Source of the DNA: Chloroflexota bacterium
GTDB taxonomy: Bacteria; Chloroflexota; UBA6077; JACQUR01
Length of the DNA: 47,325 nucleotides
Direction of reading: 5' to 3'
NCBI GenBank assembly: GCA_016210245.1
Contig: JACQUR010000063.1
Coordinates: 1-47,325, forward strand
Part shown: positions 1 to 8,289 of the stretch, piece by piece
How the letters are laid out: every line of letters begins with the position of its first letter
Numbering within the stretch: position 1 is the first letter of the stretch
Translations under genes and position numbers: made by a program
The notes under the pieces: model-generated
Seen by the model: the letters and a program-made list of their open reading frames with translations, nothing else
Databases searched by the model: none
What the model was told of the DNA's origin: nothing

Positions 1-60
1 CAGGTCCAGGGCTGCCAGCACCTCCTGCGGCGGATCGGGTCGCTGCTTCCCTACACTCAT
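1..60 (-). CDS. possible 5' end of a gene running off the left edge (MSVGKQRPDPPQEVLAALDL...)
   Basis: ATG at 58-60 (minus) with an open frame to position 1. Only 20 codons are visible, so no family call is possible. Confidence 0.15.
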   Translation of the reverse strand, partial: MSVGKQRPDPPQEVLAALDL

Positions 61-103
61 GCCTCAAGTATACCCAGCCGGGCCGGCCTCCCCCGGATTA
101 TTG

Positions 104-246
104 AGGAGATACCTGCTGTTGTCTGAGCGGCAAGGCCCGCGAGAGGATGCCTACGGGCCTGAAAGGGCTGATTTCGGGAAAAGGGGTCACCCGCAAGCGA
201 GTGCCTTCCAAGCAGGTTGTCGCGGGTTCGAATCCCGTCTCCTGCT
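104..246 (+). ncRNA. tRNA-like structured element (canonical T-arm plus closing helices); not a standard tRNA or tmRNA
   Basis: T-arm GCGGG-TTCGAAT-CCCGT at 222-238. Helices AGGAGAT(104-110)/GTCTCCT(237-243) and CCTGCT(112-117)/AGCAGG(211-216). D-loop-like GAGCGG at 125-130. Hairpin GGCCCG/CGGGCC at 134-159. Followed by hairpins at 247-274 and 282-303. Confidence 0.35.
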
Positions 247-357
247 CCTTTTGGCGTCCGGATGCCAGAAAAGGCAGGTTGGGCGGAGAAAAATAGGTCC
301 GCCGACAACCTACCTTTTTACATTTCCCTCGTTAGCGATTTCACCTGCCTGCCAGAG

Positions 358-642
358 TCAGCCGACCTTCTCGTTAGTCCCAACCGCGAACACGGCGTCG
401 GCGAACATGCCGGGTTTCAGCCGCAAGTCGCCATTGGGCACTCGCAGCTTGAGGGCGTACACGCTCTTGACACAGTCCTCCTTCGTCTGGACGTTGCGCG
501 GCGTGAACTCGGCCTGGGAGGCGATAGAGGTGACCGTGCCGGCGAAGGCCTCGCCCGGATAGGCGTCCACAGTGATGCTGGCCGCTTGCCCCAGCGCCAC
601 CCGCCCGAACTTGTCTTCGGGCAGGTACACCTTCAGCGTCAA
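358..642 (-). pseudogene. HlyD-family membrane-fusion protein, C-terminal ~90 residues only
   Basis: The translation LTLKVYLPEDKFGRVALGQAASITVDAYPGEAFAGTVTSIASQAEFTPRNVQTKE... matches the C-terminal beta-barrel/lipoyl region of HlyD/YhiI-type adaptors. The N-terminal ~250 residues are absent. The fragment abuts the truncated permease. Confidence 0.6.
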
Positions 643-644
643 CC

Positions 645-1558
645 CCGAGCCCCACCGCGCAAAAGACGAACACGGCCGAGGCCACCAGAAACAGCGGCAG
701 GCTGCCGCGAAAGGGCACCTGGAACCACAGCAGGCCCGCCGCCAGCACGATCAGCACGTCGACGAAGGCGAGCATCCCATAGAGCAGGGCCTTGCCCAGG
801 ATGAAGGCGGCCGGATGGACCGGCGCCACCAGGATCTGCTGGATCGAGCCCCGCTCGCGCTCGCGGACGATGGCCAGGCTCGACAGCAGCGGCGCAAAGG
901 TCATCAGGATGATCGAGAACAGGCCCGGGACGACGAGGTTGACGCTTCTGAGCTCCGGGGTGAACCAGACGCGCGGCTCCGGAACGACCGCCGGGCCGAG
1001 GAGGGCGCCTTCGCCGACCGAGTCGTGGAGCAGGCGATGGCTGTAGAAGGCCGCCGCGGCATCCAGTTGGGCCAGGGCAGCCCTGGCCTGGGGTGGGTAC
1101 GAGCCATCGACCAGGAGTTGCACGGAGGTCGGCTGGCGCTCCAGCAGCGTTCGCTCGAAGGCCGCGGGGACGATCACGCCGAGGTCGATGCTTCCCCGGT
1201 CCAGCCACACGCCCAGCTCGGCGGCGCTGCCGGCCCAGGCCACGACGCTCAGGTCGCCTGAGGCGGAGAGGCTGGCCAGATAGTCTCGGCTCGCCGCGCT
1301 GCGGTCGAGGTCGTAGACCCCCAGTCGCACCGGTTGCACGTCGAAGTTCAGGCCGTACGTAAAGAGCACCAGCAGCACCAGGGGCAGCACGAGCGCCAGT
1401 GAGAGGGACGTGGTACGGCCATAGCGCTTGCCCCACCCCGCAGCGAGGATGCAAGTTCGGGCCGGGTGGACGCCGCCCCCATTGTCTTGAGCATAGCGCT
1501 TGCCCAGCCCCGCAGCGAGGATGCAAGGCCCGGTGGCGTCCTGCGAATCGTGACTCAT
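645..1558 (-). pseudogene. ABC-2 type transporter permease, truncated (C-terminal TMs missing, N-terminus replaced by repeats)
   Basis: LVLFTYGLNFDVQPVRLGVYDLDRSAASRDY...SIILMTFAPLLSSLAIVRERERGSIQQILVAPV... is typical of YbhS/YhhJ-like ABC-2 permeases. Sensible sequence stops at ...FVFCAVGLG (~650), where the frame runs into the HlyD fragment. Confidence 0.6.
1419..1527. repeat. two copies of a 37-nt direct repeat (34/37 identical), period 72 nt
   Basis: ccatagcgcttgccccaccccgcagcgaggatgcaag (1419-1455) and gcatagcgcttgcccagccccgcagcgaggatgcaag (1491-1527). On the minus strand they translate as CILAAG(L/W)GKRY twice. Confidence 0.85.
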
Positions 1559-1651
1559 GCCAGGTTGCTCCAGGCCGCCAGGGCTGTCCGCCTCCAGGCT
1601 CTGAGCACTTTCCGCAGTTCCCCGTGCCGCTGAGCCCGGTTGCCGCTCGTC

Positions 1652-1703
1652 CTGAGCCTGTCGAAGGACGAGCCCCCGTCCGCCCCTGCTTCGACAGGCT
1701 CAG
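1652..1703. repeat. REP-like hairpin with 15-bp perfect arms
   Basis: CTGAGCCTGTCGAAG (1652-1666) pairs with CTTCGACAGGCTCAG (1689-1703). It lies between the ABC-2 remnant and the SRPBCC gene. Confidence 0.85.
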
Positions 1704-2317
1704 CATGAGCGGACTCCCGGTCGCCTCAAGCACCGCCGATGGCGCCATACGCCCGTCCCGTCGGGCTGCCACCGTTCGGCCTCCACTTGCTGCCGGAGGT
1801 TGGCCACGACCTGCTGCAGGGCCAGGGCCTCCAGCCAGCCGGGGATCAGCCTGTTCCACGGCCAGGGCAGCCGGTACTCCAGCGTGAATACGTAGTGCGT
1901 GCCGGTTGGGGCGGACAGGAACTCGCCCTTCGCCCGCATCTCCCAGCCGCTGATGGCTCGATAGGCGATCCTGCGCCCCTCCTCCCACTCGGTGACCGCC
2001 TCGTCGAAGCGCAGCATGGGCCAGAGCGGCAGCGTGAAGCTCCAACGATAGATCGTGCCCACGCCCCTGTTCTGAGGCGAGCCAAGCTCCATGTGCATCA
2101 TGGGGTTCGAGGTGAGAAACGGCTTGCGGGGATCGGTGACGGCCGCGAAGACTCGCTCGGGGCGAGCAGCGAAGTCCGCCTGATACTGCACCTGTCGCAT
2201 CCCTTCGGCGGTGAACTCGCTGCGGCAAGCTGCCATAGCCTCTCGAACACGCCGGCCGGCCCACCATGCCGCGGTGGCCAGCAGAGCCACCAATAGCCAT
2301 CTGCTTCTCGCGTTCAC
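1700..2317 (-). CDS. SRPBCC (START/polyketide cyclase-dehydrase-like) family protein with N-terminal signal/TM
   Basis: 205-aa ORF. ...FAARPERVFAAVTDPRKPFLTSNP...WEEGRRIAYRAISGWEMRAKGEF... is SRPBCC-like. The start overlaps the upstream stop (ATGA at 2314-2317). Confidence 0.6.
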   Translation of the reverse strand: MNARSRWLLVALLATAAWWAGRRVREAMAACRSEFTAEGMRQVQYQADFAARPERVFAAVTDPRKPFLTSNPMMHMELGSPQNRGVGTIYRWSFTLPLWPMLRFDEAVTEWEEGRRIAYRAISGWEMRAKGEFLSAPTGTHYVFTLEYRLPWPWNRLIPGWLEALALQQVVANLRQQVEAERWQPDGTGVWRHRRCLRRPGVRSC

Positions 2318-3723
2318 GTCAACCTCCTGTCAGCTCCGGGAACAACCCCCTCTCCACGTCCTGCTCCTGCGCCGCGTGGAGGCAGGTTGGACTTGATCAG
2401 GGGCGCCTTGCCGCTGGCAGCCCGGGGAATGGCGGCCACGCGCTGCACCCGCACCTCGGGAACCAGGGCGTCCTGAGCCGCCAGGTCCCGTCGCAGCCGC
2501 TCCACCAACGCGCTGTCCTCGAGATCCTCGCGCACGCCGGACAGCAGCACCGTCAGCCCGTCCGGCTCCTGCACCACCTGCCACCCGCTGCTGGGAACCG
2601 TGTCCATCACGTGGTGGAACGTGTTCGGATGCACGGCCACCTCGCCGCCCGTGGCGGTCGGGAAGCGGAGTACCTCCTCCATCCGCCCCTGAACGTCGTC
2701 GATGAGCACGAAGGGGCGGCCGCAGGGGCAGCTCCCCTCCGCCAGTCGCAGGCTGTCGCTCACCTCGTAGCGGATCAGCGGCTGGGTGCGGCTGGAGAAC
2801 AGAGTAAGCAACACCTTGTCGCCGTACTCCCCGGGCGGGACCAGGCGGTTGCGTTCGTCCACCACCTCCAGCAGCGCCAGGTCCTCCATCACGTGCATGC
2901 CCGTGTGGCGCTCACACTCGGCGGCCAGCCCACCGCCCTCGGTAGCCCCATACTGGTTGAACGGCTGGTGGCCCCAGGCTTCCTCGGCCAGCCGCCGCGT
3001 CTCGGCGGTCAGCACCTCCGAGCTGGTGAACACCAGGTGGGGCGCGATGCGGAGTCGCCCGGCCCGTTGCTCCTCGGCCAGCAGGCGGGCCATGGAGGCG
3101 TAGGCCACCAGCATCTCCGGCTGGAAGGTGTTGAGCTGCTGGACCAGGCGCTCCAGCGGCTCGGCCGCCTCCAGGCGCAGGGCCGGCATCCACCAGCTCC
3201 GCAGGGTCGCCGCCACCTGGGCGGACATATGCCAGGGATTGGTGGAGGCCACCGCGGCCATCTTCATCCGGTGGGTCAGGCTCACCTGCAGCCCGGCCCA
3301 GTCGTGGGCGCGGGCGAAGGAGGTCAGGATGGCCAGCCACTCGGATCGGTCGAACAGGAACAGGCCCGGACGGCCGGTGCTGCCCGAGGTGCTGCTGACC
3401 CAGTAGCGCCCCAGGAAGAGCTTCTCCGCGCCAGCGTTGGCCAGGTGCGCCCTGACCGCCTCCAGTCGAACCTGCCGGTCCGTCACCAGCTCATCGAAGT
3501 GCTCCATCAGCGTCGCCTTGGTGAGCACCGGCAGCTCGTGCAACGGCCGGTCGGCCAAGCCCTGGTGGAAGCGCTGGTAGAAGGGCGAGCGAGCGTAGGC
3601 GTACACGCGCAGGCGGCGCAGCGCCTCCGCCTGGTGGGCCTCCAGTTGCTGGCGGGTCCACCGATCCCGCCAGCGCAGCCGCGTCAGGTCCCAGAGCAGT
3701 TGCAGCATGAGCAGCGTGTTCAT
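2314..3723 (-). CDS. phenylacetate-CoA ligase / coenzyme F390 synthetase-like adenylate-forming enzyme
   Basis: 469 aa. P-loop-like SSTSGSTGRPG, NQYGATEGG and IRYEVSD motifs are typical of the PaaK family. GGAGGGAGGG RBS upstream. Confidence 0.75.
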   Translation of the reverse strand: MNTLLMLQLLWDLTRLRWRDRWTRQQLEAHQAEALRRLRVYAYARSPFYQRFHQGLADRPLHELPVLTKATLMEHFDELVTDRQVRLEAVRAHLANAGAEKLFLGRYWVSSTSGSTGRPGLFLFDRSEWLAILTSFARAHDWAGLQVSLTHRMKMAAVASTNPWHMSAQVAATLRSWWMPALRLEAAEPLERLVQQLNTFQPEMLVAYASMARLLAEEQRAGRLRIAPHLVFTSSEVLTAETRRLAEEAWGHQPFNQYGATEGGGLAAECERHTGMHVMEDLALLEVVDERNRLVPPGEYGDKVLLTLFSSRTQPLIRYEVSDSLRLAEGSCPCGRPFVLIDDVQGRMEEVLRFPTATGGEVAVHPNTFHHVMDTVPSSGWQVVQEPDGLTVLLSGVREDLEDSALVERLRRDLAAQDALVPEVRVQRVAAIPRAASGKAPLIKSNLPPRGAGAGRGEGVVPGADRRLT

Positions 3724-3777
3724 CGTTGCCCTCCCTCCATCCTCTGCATCAAGCCGGTTGTGGGCTCATGGCCGCGC

Positions 3778-5253
3778 TCATCGACCGCTGAATCTCCGCC
3801 AGAGCCGCGCTAACCGAGCCAGCCGGGCACCCCACGTGGCGACGCCTTGGCTGGGATAGCGCTCGAGCCAGGAGGTCGTCGGCGGCGTCGCTCCGTCGGG
3901 TCCCAGTTTCCATCCGCCACGACGGTACAGGTCCGCCCGGGCCTCAGCCGCCGCGGCCACGATCTCACGCTCATCCACGGTGAGCAGACAGCCGTCGCGC
4001 ACCACGACGCGACCATCAACCAGCACCGTCTGGACATCACCCCGGCAGGCGCCGTAGACGAGCATGGCCGGGACATCGGATGACGGCTGGACCGGCGGCC
4101 GATCGAACTTGAGCAGGATGATGTCCGCCCGCTTGCCGACCTCCAGCGAGCCGGTTTCTCGCTCCAGCCCCAGCGCCCGCGCGCCGTTGATGGTGGCCAT
4201 CCGCAGCACGTCCATTGGCTGCAGCACACCGGCGCCATACAGGAAGCTGCTCATCAACGCGCAGGTTCGCATCTCCGTGAACAGGTCGGCGCCCTCGATC
4301 CAGCCGCCGGCGCTGTCCGTCCCCAGGACGATGGTGACCCCCGCTCGGTGGAGCGCCTTCAGGGGTGGCCAGCGACGGGGGCCGATCCCGACGTTCATCC
4401 AAACCGACGGGCAGTGGACCACGCTCGCTCCCGCCCTGGCCAGCGCGGCGACGTCGCCGCCCCTGGCCGCGAGGACATGCACTGCCACCAGGCGCTCATT
4501 GAGCAGGCCGCCCGCCTTCAGGAGGCCGAGCGGCGAGCGGCCGCGCACGAGCCAGGTAACGGTGGCCATCGGCCAGCGGGGGAAGACATGCATGTGAGTG
4601 ATGAGCTGCTCGCGCTCCGCTAGCGCCGCGAGACGCCGCATCGTCTCCAGCGACGTAGTGACCTCGCCTGCCGGGCTGGGCGCGACGCGGATGCGCCCCT
4701 CGAACGCGCCGTGGTATTCGCGGACGAGCCGTTCCGCCTCGGCGAGCTGGGCCTCGCCAGTCAAGCCGGTCGGCCCGAAGATGTCGGCTACCATGGTCTG
4801 CACGAAGGCTTTCAGCCCCGCCTGTCCAAGCCCCTCGGCCGTCTGGCGAGCAACCTCGAAGGTGACCGCATCCCCCGCCACGTTGGCGAGCGTGATGCCC
4901 GAGCGGAGCATCTCAGCAGCCGAGAGGCGCGAGGCGGCCAGCATGATGTCCGGTGTGGCAACGCCACACAGCGCGATGTCCTCGCCCGCGGTCCGGTCGA
5001 ACCCGAACCCGCCCATCGTGCCCTTGTAGAGCGCAGTGAGGACGTGGATATGGCCGTTGACCAGTCCGGGCAGGGCGACCATTCCGCGCGCGTCGATCAC
5101 CTCGCGAGCCTGGTGTTCGGCGCTCACGACCTCGGTGGGCCCCACGGCCACGATCTGGCGTCCACGAATCGCGATCGATGCGTCGCGGAGGACGCGGTCG
5201 AGTCGATCCACCGGCACGACTGTGGCATTGGTGATGAGGAGGTCGTCCATCAT
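3778..5253 (-). CDS. amidohydrolase-family protein (chlorohydrolase/aminohydrolase-like)
   Basis: 491 aa. PGLVNGHIHV metal-binding HxH motif. ...GTDSAGG... and ...GSLEVGKRADIILL... are typical of the amidohydrolase superfamily. The start overlaps the upstream stop (ATGATG/TGA at 5248-5253). Confidence 0.8.
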   Translation of the reverse strand: MMDDLLITNATVVPVDRLDRVLRDASIAIRGRQIVAVGPTEVVSAEHQAREVIDARGMVALPGLVNGHIHVLTALYKGTMGGFGFDRTAGEDIALCGVATPDIMLAASRLSAAEMLRSGITLANVAGDAVTFEVARQTAEGLGQAGLKAFVQTMVADIFGPTGLTGEAQLAEAERLVREYHGAFEGRIRVAPSPAGEVTTSLETMRRLAALAEREQLITHMHVFPRWPMATVTWLVRGRSPLGLLKAGGLLNERLVAVHVLAARGGDVAALARAGASVVHCPSVWMNVGIGPRRWPPLKALHRAGVTIVLGTDSAGGWIEGADLFTEMRTCALMSSFLYGAGVLQPMDVLRMATINGARALGLERETGSLEVGKRADIILLKFDRPPVQPSSDVPAMLVYGACRGDVQTVLVDGRVVVRDGCLLTVDEREIVAAAAEARADLYRRGGWKLGPDGATPPTTSWLERYPSQGVATWGARLARLARLWRRFSGR

Positions 5254-6149
5254 CCGCCTCCGCCGACGCGCGTCTCCCCTACCGGATGGCGTGCAGGCAG
5301 CCCGTTCGATTCAGTGTCCGTTGCGTTCGCCAGGAACTCCAGAATGTGTCGGTTCACTTCCTCTGGCTTCTCCTCCTGGAGGAAGTGCCCGCACTCCGGG
5401 ATCGTCTTCAGGATGGAGCCCGGGATGTTCCGATGGAGCCGCAGGGCGGCTGAGGGCGGGAACAGCACGTCGTTCTCGGCCCACAGGATCAGCGTGGGCA
5501 CTCGCACGTTATGGGAGTTGTGCTCCACTGCGCCGGTGAGGCCGGCAATCCCGTTGGCCGACAGCACCCGCAGATCCGTCAACCGTGTGTCCCTGTTCAG
5601 CGTCCGGTAGGTGGCGACCAACTCCCTGGTGACCAGGCTCTTGTCGTGGAAGGCGAGGGTGACGAACGTGTCGGTCCGCCGAACGGCGAGCTCCCACACC
5701 AGACGGTTCAGGGGATCGCCGAACACCAGGAGCCGGTAGAGGAGCCCGTAGAGCGCGGCCCACAGCAGGTACTTCACCGGCGGGAGATAGGCGAAGGTGT
5801 CCAGGATGATGAGCCGCGAGACCTTCTCAGGAGAGCGCCCCAGGAACCCAAGCCCGATCGCCCCTCCCAGGTCGTGGACGCCAAGGACGACCTTCTCGAG
5901 GCCGACCTGCGCCAGGAATTGGTGGAGGCACTCCACGTAAGATCTGATCGTGTAGTCGAAGTCACGGGGTTTGTCGGAAGAGCCCCATCCCAGGAGATCC
6001 GGTGCGTACACTCGGAAGCGGCCCGAGAGCGCCTCGATCTGCCTCCTCCAGATAAACGATGAGGTCGGGATCCCGTGGAGTAAGAGCACGGGGTCGCCCT
6101 CTCCCTGGACCTCGTAGTGGATATTCCAGTGGTTGACTTGTGCCCACAT
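5250..6149 (-). CDS. alpha/beta hydrolase (haloalkane dehalogenase-like fold)
   Basis: 299 aa. VLLLHGIPTSSFIWRRQI..., nucleophile elbow VHDLGG, C-terminal ...CGHFLQEEKPEEV. GGAGG RBS. Confidence 0.8.
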   Translation of the reverse strand: MWAQVNHWNIHYEVQGEGDPVLLLHGIPTSSFIWRRQIEALSGRFRVYAPDLLGWGSSDKPRDFDYTIRSYVECLHQFLAQVGLEKVVLGVHDLGGAIGLGFLGRSPEKVSRLIILDTFAYLPPVKYLLWAALYGLLYRLLVFGDPLNRLVWELAVRRTDTFVTLAFHDKSLVTRELVATYRTLNRDTRLTDLRVLSANGIAGLTGAVEHNSHNVRVPTLILWAENDVLFPPSAALRLHRNIPGSILKTIPECGHFLQEEKPEEVNRHILEFLANATDTESNGLPARHPVGETRVGGGG

Positions 6150-6265
6150 GAGTATGCCTCCAGCTCACGCGTGGTGCGATGGCTCCCCACGCCGCGTTCC
6201 ATCTTCGCCTTGAGGTCGTTCAAGCACTTCTCCACCCACGCTTCGAACAAGCGCTTGACCGGGGC

Positions 6266-6910
6266 TCAAAGCTCCTGAAAGCGAACGAGAGCGATCTCCT
6301 CTCGAAGCGACCGCAGCCGGGCCTCAAGCCAGTGGACGCGCCGGCACTGCAGCGCGACCAGCACCCGCCGGCCCGGATCTCGGCGCACCGCCCACAGCAG
6401 CCGCTCCAGGATGCGCCCGTTGGTGGCCTCCCACGCTCGCCGCCCGACCTCGCCCCCTGCCGCCGCTTGCAGATCGCACACGGCCCCGCACAGATGGCCA
6501 AACAGGGCGCTGTTGACCCCTTCGGGGCCATCGACGGTGCGCTGCAGGCCGGCCAGGAAGCGGTCGGCGGCGCCCACCAGGCCAGCCCGCGCCCGTCTCG
6601 CCAGCCCACTGCCAGTAGGCGGTGCCAGCTCCAGGGGAGATGGGCCGCCCAGCGGGACAATCACCGTGTTGGTGCGCCAGGCCGCGGGCACCAGCCCCTC
6701 CCGCACCTCGACCGATACCCCGCTCAGGTCCTGCTGCTCCCAGGCCTGCGGGTCGATCTCCACGCCCAGCAGGTCCGGCTCCAGCCGCTCCACCAGCGAG
6801 CGCAGGCAGGCCAGGTCGTAGCGTAGCCCCTCGGTGTGCAGATGTCCCAGCGTGCCCAGGAGGGCCAGGCGGGTCTTCCCGTCGCTCCCCGAGTTCACAG
6901 TGGTGCTCAT
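6266..6910 (-). CDS. hypothetical protein (weak TraB/GumN-like N-terminal pattern)
   Basis: ORF 6266-6973. The internal ATG at 6910 has a GGAGGG RBS. LALLGTLGHLH...PDLLGVEI resembles the TraB/GumN GTxH...VEL pattern only loosely. Confidence 0.45.
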   Translation of the reverse strand: MSTTVNSGSDGKTRLALLGTLGHLHTEGLRYDLACLRSLVERLEPDLLGVEIDPQAWEQQDLSGVSVEVREGLVPAAWRTNTVIVPLGGPSPLELAPPTGSGLARRARAGLVGAADRFLAGLQRTVDGPEGVNSALFGHLCGAVCDLQAAAGGEVGRRAWEATNGRILERLLWAVRRDPGRRVLVALQCRRVHWLEARLRSLREEIALVRFQEL

Positions 6911-7019
6911 CCGTGTCCCTCCATCCACAGCGTAGGCCAATCGATGGGTTGGTGACAGCGACGGATCACTCATCTTCGGGTGAGTGAAAACCCCTATCGC
7001 GTGCCTCCAGGACGCCCGC

Positions 7020-7048
7020 TTGACGGCGCCGCGTCTTCCTGCAATAAT
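7020..7048 (+). promoter_or_regulatory. sigma70-like promoter TTGACG-N17-AATAAT
   Basis: TTGACG at 7020-7025, a 17-nt spacer, AATAAT at 7043-7048. It lies upstream of the 7081 ORF and the 7331 gene. Confidence 0.45.
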
Positions 7049-7080
7049 TCCGTTGTGGAATCGTTCGGTGATGGTAGGAA

Positions 7081-7323
7081 GTGACGGCCAGGCCAGCGCT
7101 GGTGCGACAGACGATGCGACTCGCGGCCGTGTGGGAGGATTTCGTCCGCCTCGAGCCGCGGCTCAAGGTCGTGCTGCTGGAAGCCGTGACAGGGAGATAC
7201 TTCCAGAAGCTACAGTCGGTTCCGTCGTCCAGGGCGTCCTATGACACGGCTGCCGCCGCCCGACTGTGGCAGGGTGAGCGCCGAGATGACCGGACTGCCT
7301 CTTCGTTCTCGGTAAAGGGCTAG
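7081..7323 (+). CDS. small hypothetical protein
   Basis: 80-codon ORF about 33 nt downstream of the predicted -10. No recognisable family. Confidence 0.25.
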   Translation: MTARPALVRQTMRLAAVWEDFVRLEPRLKVVLLEAVTGRYFQKLQSVPSSRASYDTAAAARLWQGERRDDRTASSFSVKG

Positions 7324-7330
7324 CGTTACC

Positions 7331-7894
7331 ATGCGCTTCCAACGCTTCGTCTATGGCACGCGCGGCCTCTATCTGCTGGCCGCCCAGGTGGCGATCCTGT
7401 GGCTCAAGCACAGCACAGGAGGGCGAGTATCCTCGCCCGTCTACTTCTCGCTGCTGGTGTTGCTGATCGCCGCCCAGCTCTTCCGCACGTGGGCGGCTGG
7501 CTTCGTGGGCACCGCGGGCCGCGAGCGAGAAACTCGCGCCGAGGCGCTGCTCACGGCCGGCCCATATGCCTACGTACGCAACCCGATGTACCTCGGCGGG
7601 CTGGTCGTTACCACCGCGTTGGCGGCAATGTCCGGTCTCTGGTACGCGGCGCCGATCGCATGGGGCGCCTACCTCTTCGTCTACGCCAACGTCATCCCCT
7701 TCGAGGAGGCTTTCCTGCGCCAACGGTTCGGCGACGAGTACCTGGCGTACCTCAGGGCGGTGCCCCGCTTGCTCCCGACCTTGCGCCCCTATTCCGAGCG
7801 GCAAGGGAAGTTCCGTCTGCGCGAGGCTTTGGCCAACGAGGCGGCTGCCTGGACAGGGACACTGTTGATGGCCGGGCTCTTCTACGTACTGTAG
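7331..7894 (+). CDS. isoprenylcysteine carboxyl methyltransferase (ICMT/PEMT) family membrane protein
   Basis: 187 aa, multi-TM. GPYAYVRNPMYLGG and EEAFLRQRFGDEY motifs. Confidence 0.75.
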   Translation: MRFQRFVYGTRGLYLLAAQVAILWLKHSTGGRVSSPVYFSLLVLLIAAQLFRTWAAGFVGTAGRERETRAEALLTAGPYAYVRNPMYLGGLVVTTALAAMSGLWYAAPIAWGAYLFVYANVIPFEEAFLRQRFGDEYLAYLRAVPRLLPTLRPYSERQGKFRLREALANEAAAWTGTLLMAGLFYVL

Positions 7895-7920
7895 AGGGTA
7901 GCCACCGCCAGGCTGGACCG

Positions 7921-8033
7921 ACACCCCACCCTTGCTGCATGGCCATCACCGCCGCCTCGGTCCGGGGTCGGACGCCCAGCTTGGCATAGATGCTGGCCAG
8001 GCCAGTCTTGACAACCGCACTGGAAGCGGGAAG
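7921..8033 (-). pseudogene. LuxR/GerE-type HTH remnant (last ~37 residues)
   Basis: Minus-strand translation LPASSAVVKTGLASIYAKLGVRPRTEAAVMAMQQGWGV, preceded by an in-frame TAA (8034-8036). No receiver or N-terminal part is present. Confidence 0.5.
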
Positions 8034-8289
8034 TTATTCCTTGACGACCACTTAGCTCACCGTCGGCCGACCGAACCGCAGGATGAAGAGGCTGTCCTGC
8101 CCACTCTACGTGGTTCTCAGCCAGTCCTCAGCAGGGCCTCAGCATCCGTTCAGGAGAGGCGGGTAACGTATCTTGGACGACAGCAAGACATGCGACGCGC
8201 GCGTCCATACGGAGGCATGGTACTCACTTCAGCAGCTCAGGGGAGCAACCCAAGGCGAGGCACGTGGGCGTGCCGGAGCGGGTGTTCCG

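Noticed and set aside
57-308. A canonical tRNA, tRNA-Sec or tmRNA gene around the GGTTCGAATCC box.
   Set aside because: There is no complementary 5' acceptor strand for CTCCTGC within 70-100 nt, no anticodon stem-loop, no TCA anticodon loop, no 5' GGGG/G3:U70 tmRNA acceptor, and no Ala-rich tag ORF in any frame. It is kept only as a tRNA-like element of unknown nature.
5774-6250. A minus-strand ORF starting at 6250 (MFEAWVEKCLNDLKAKMERG...) upstream of the alpha/beta hydrolase gene.
   Set aside because: It runs out of frame through the well-supported hydrolase gene. Only the first ~30 codons are non-overlapping, and they have no RBS.
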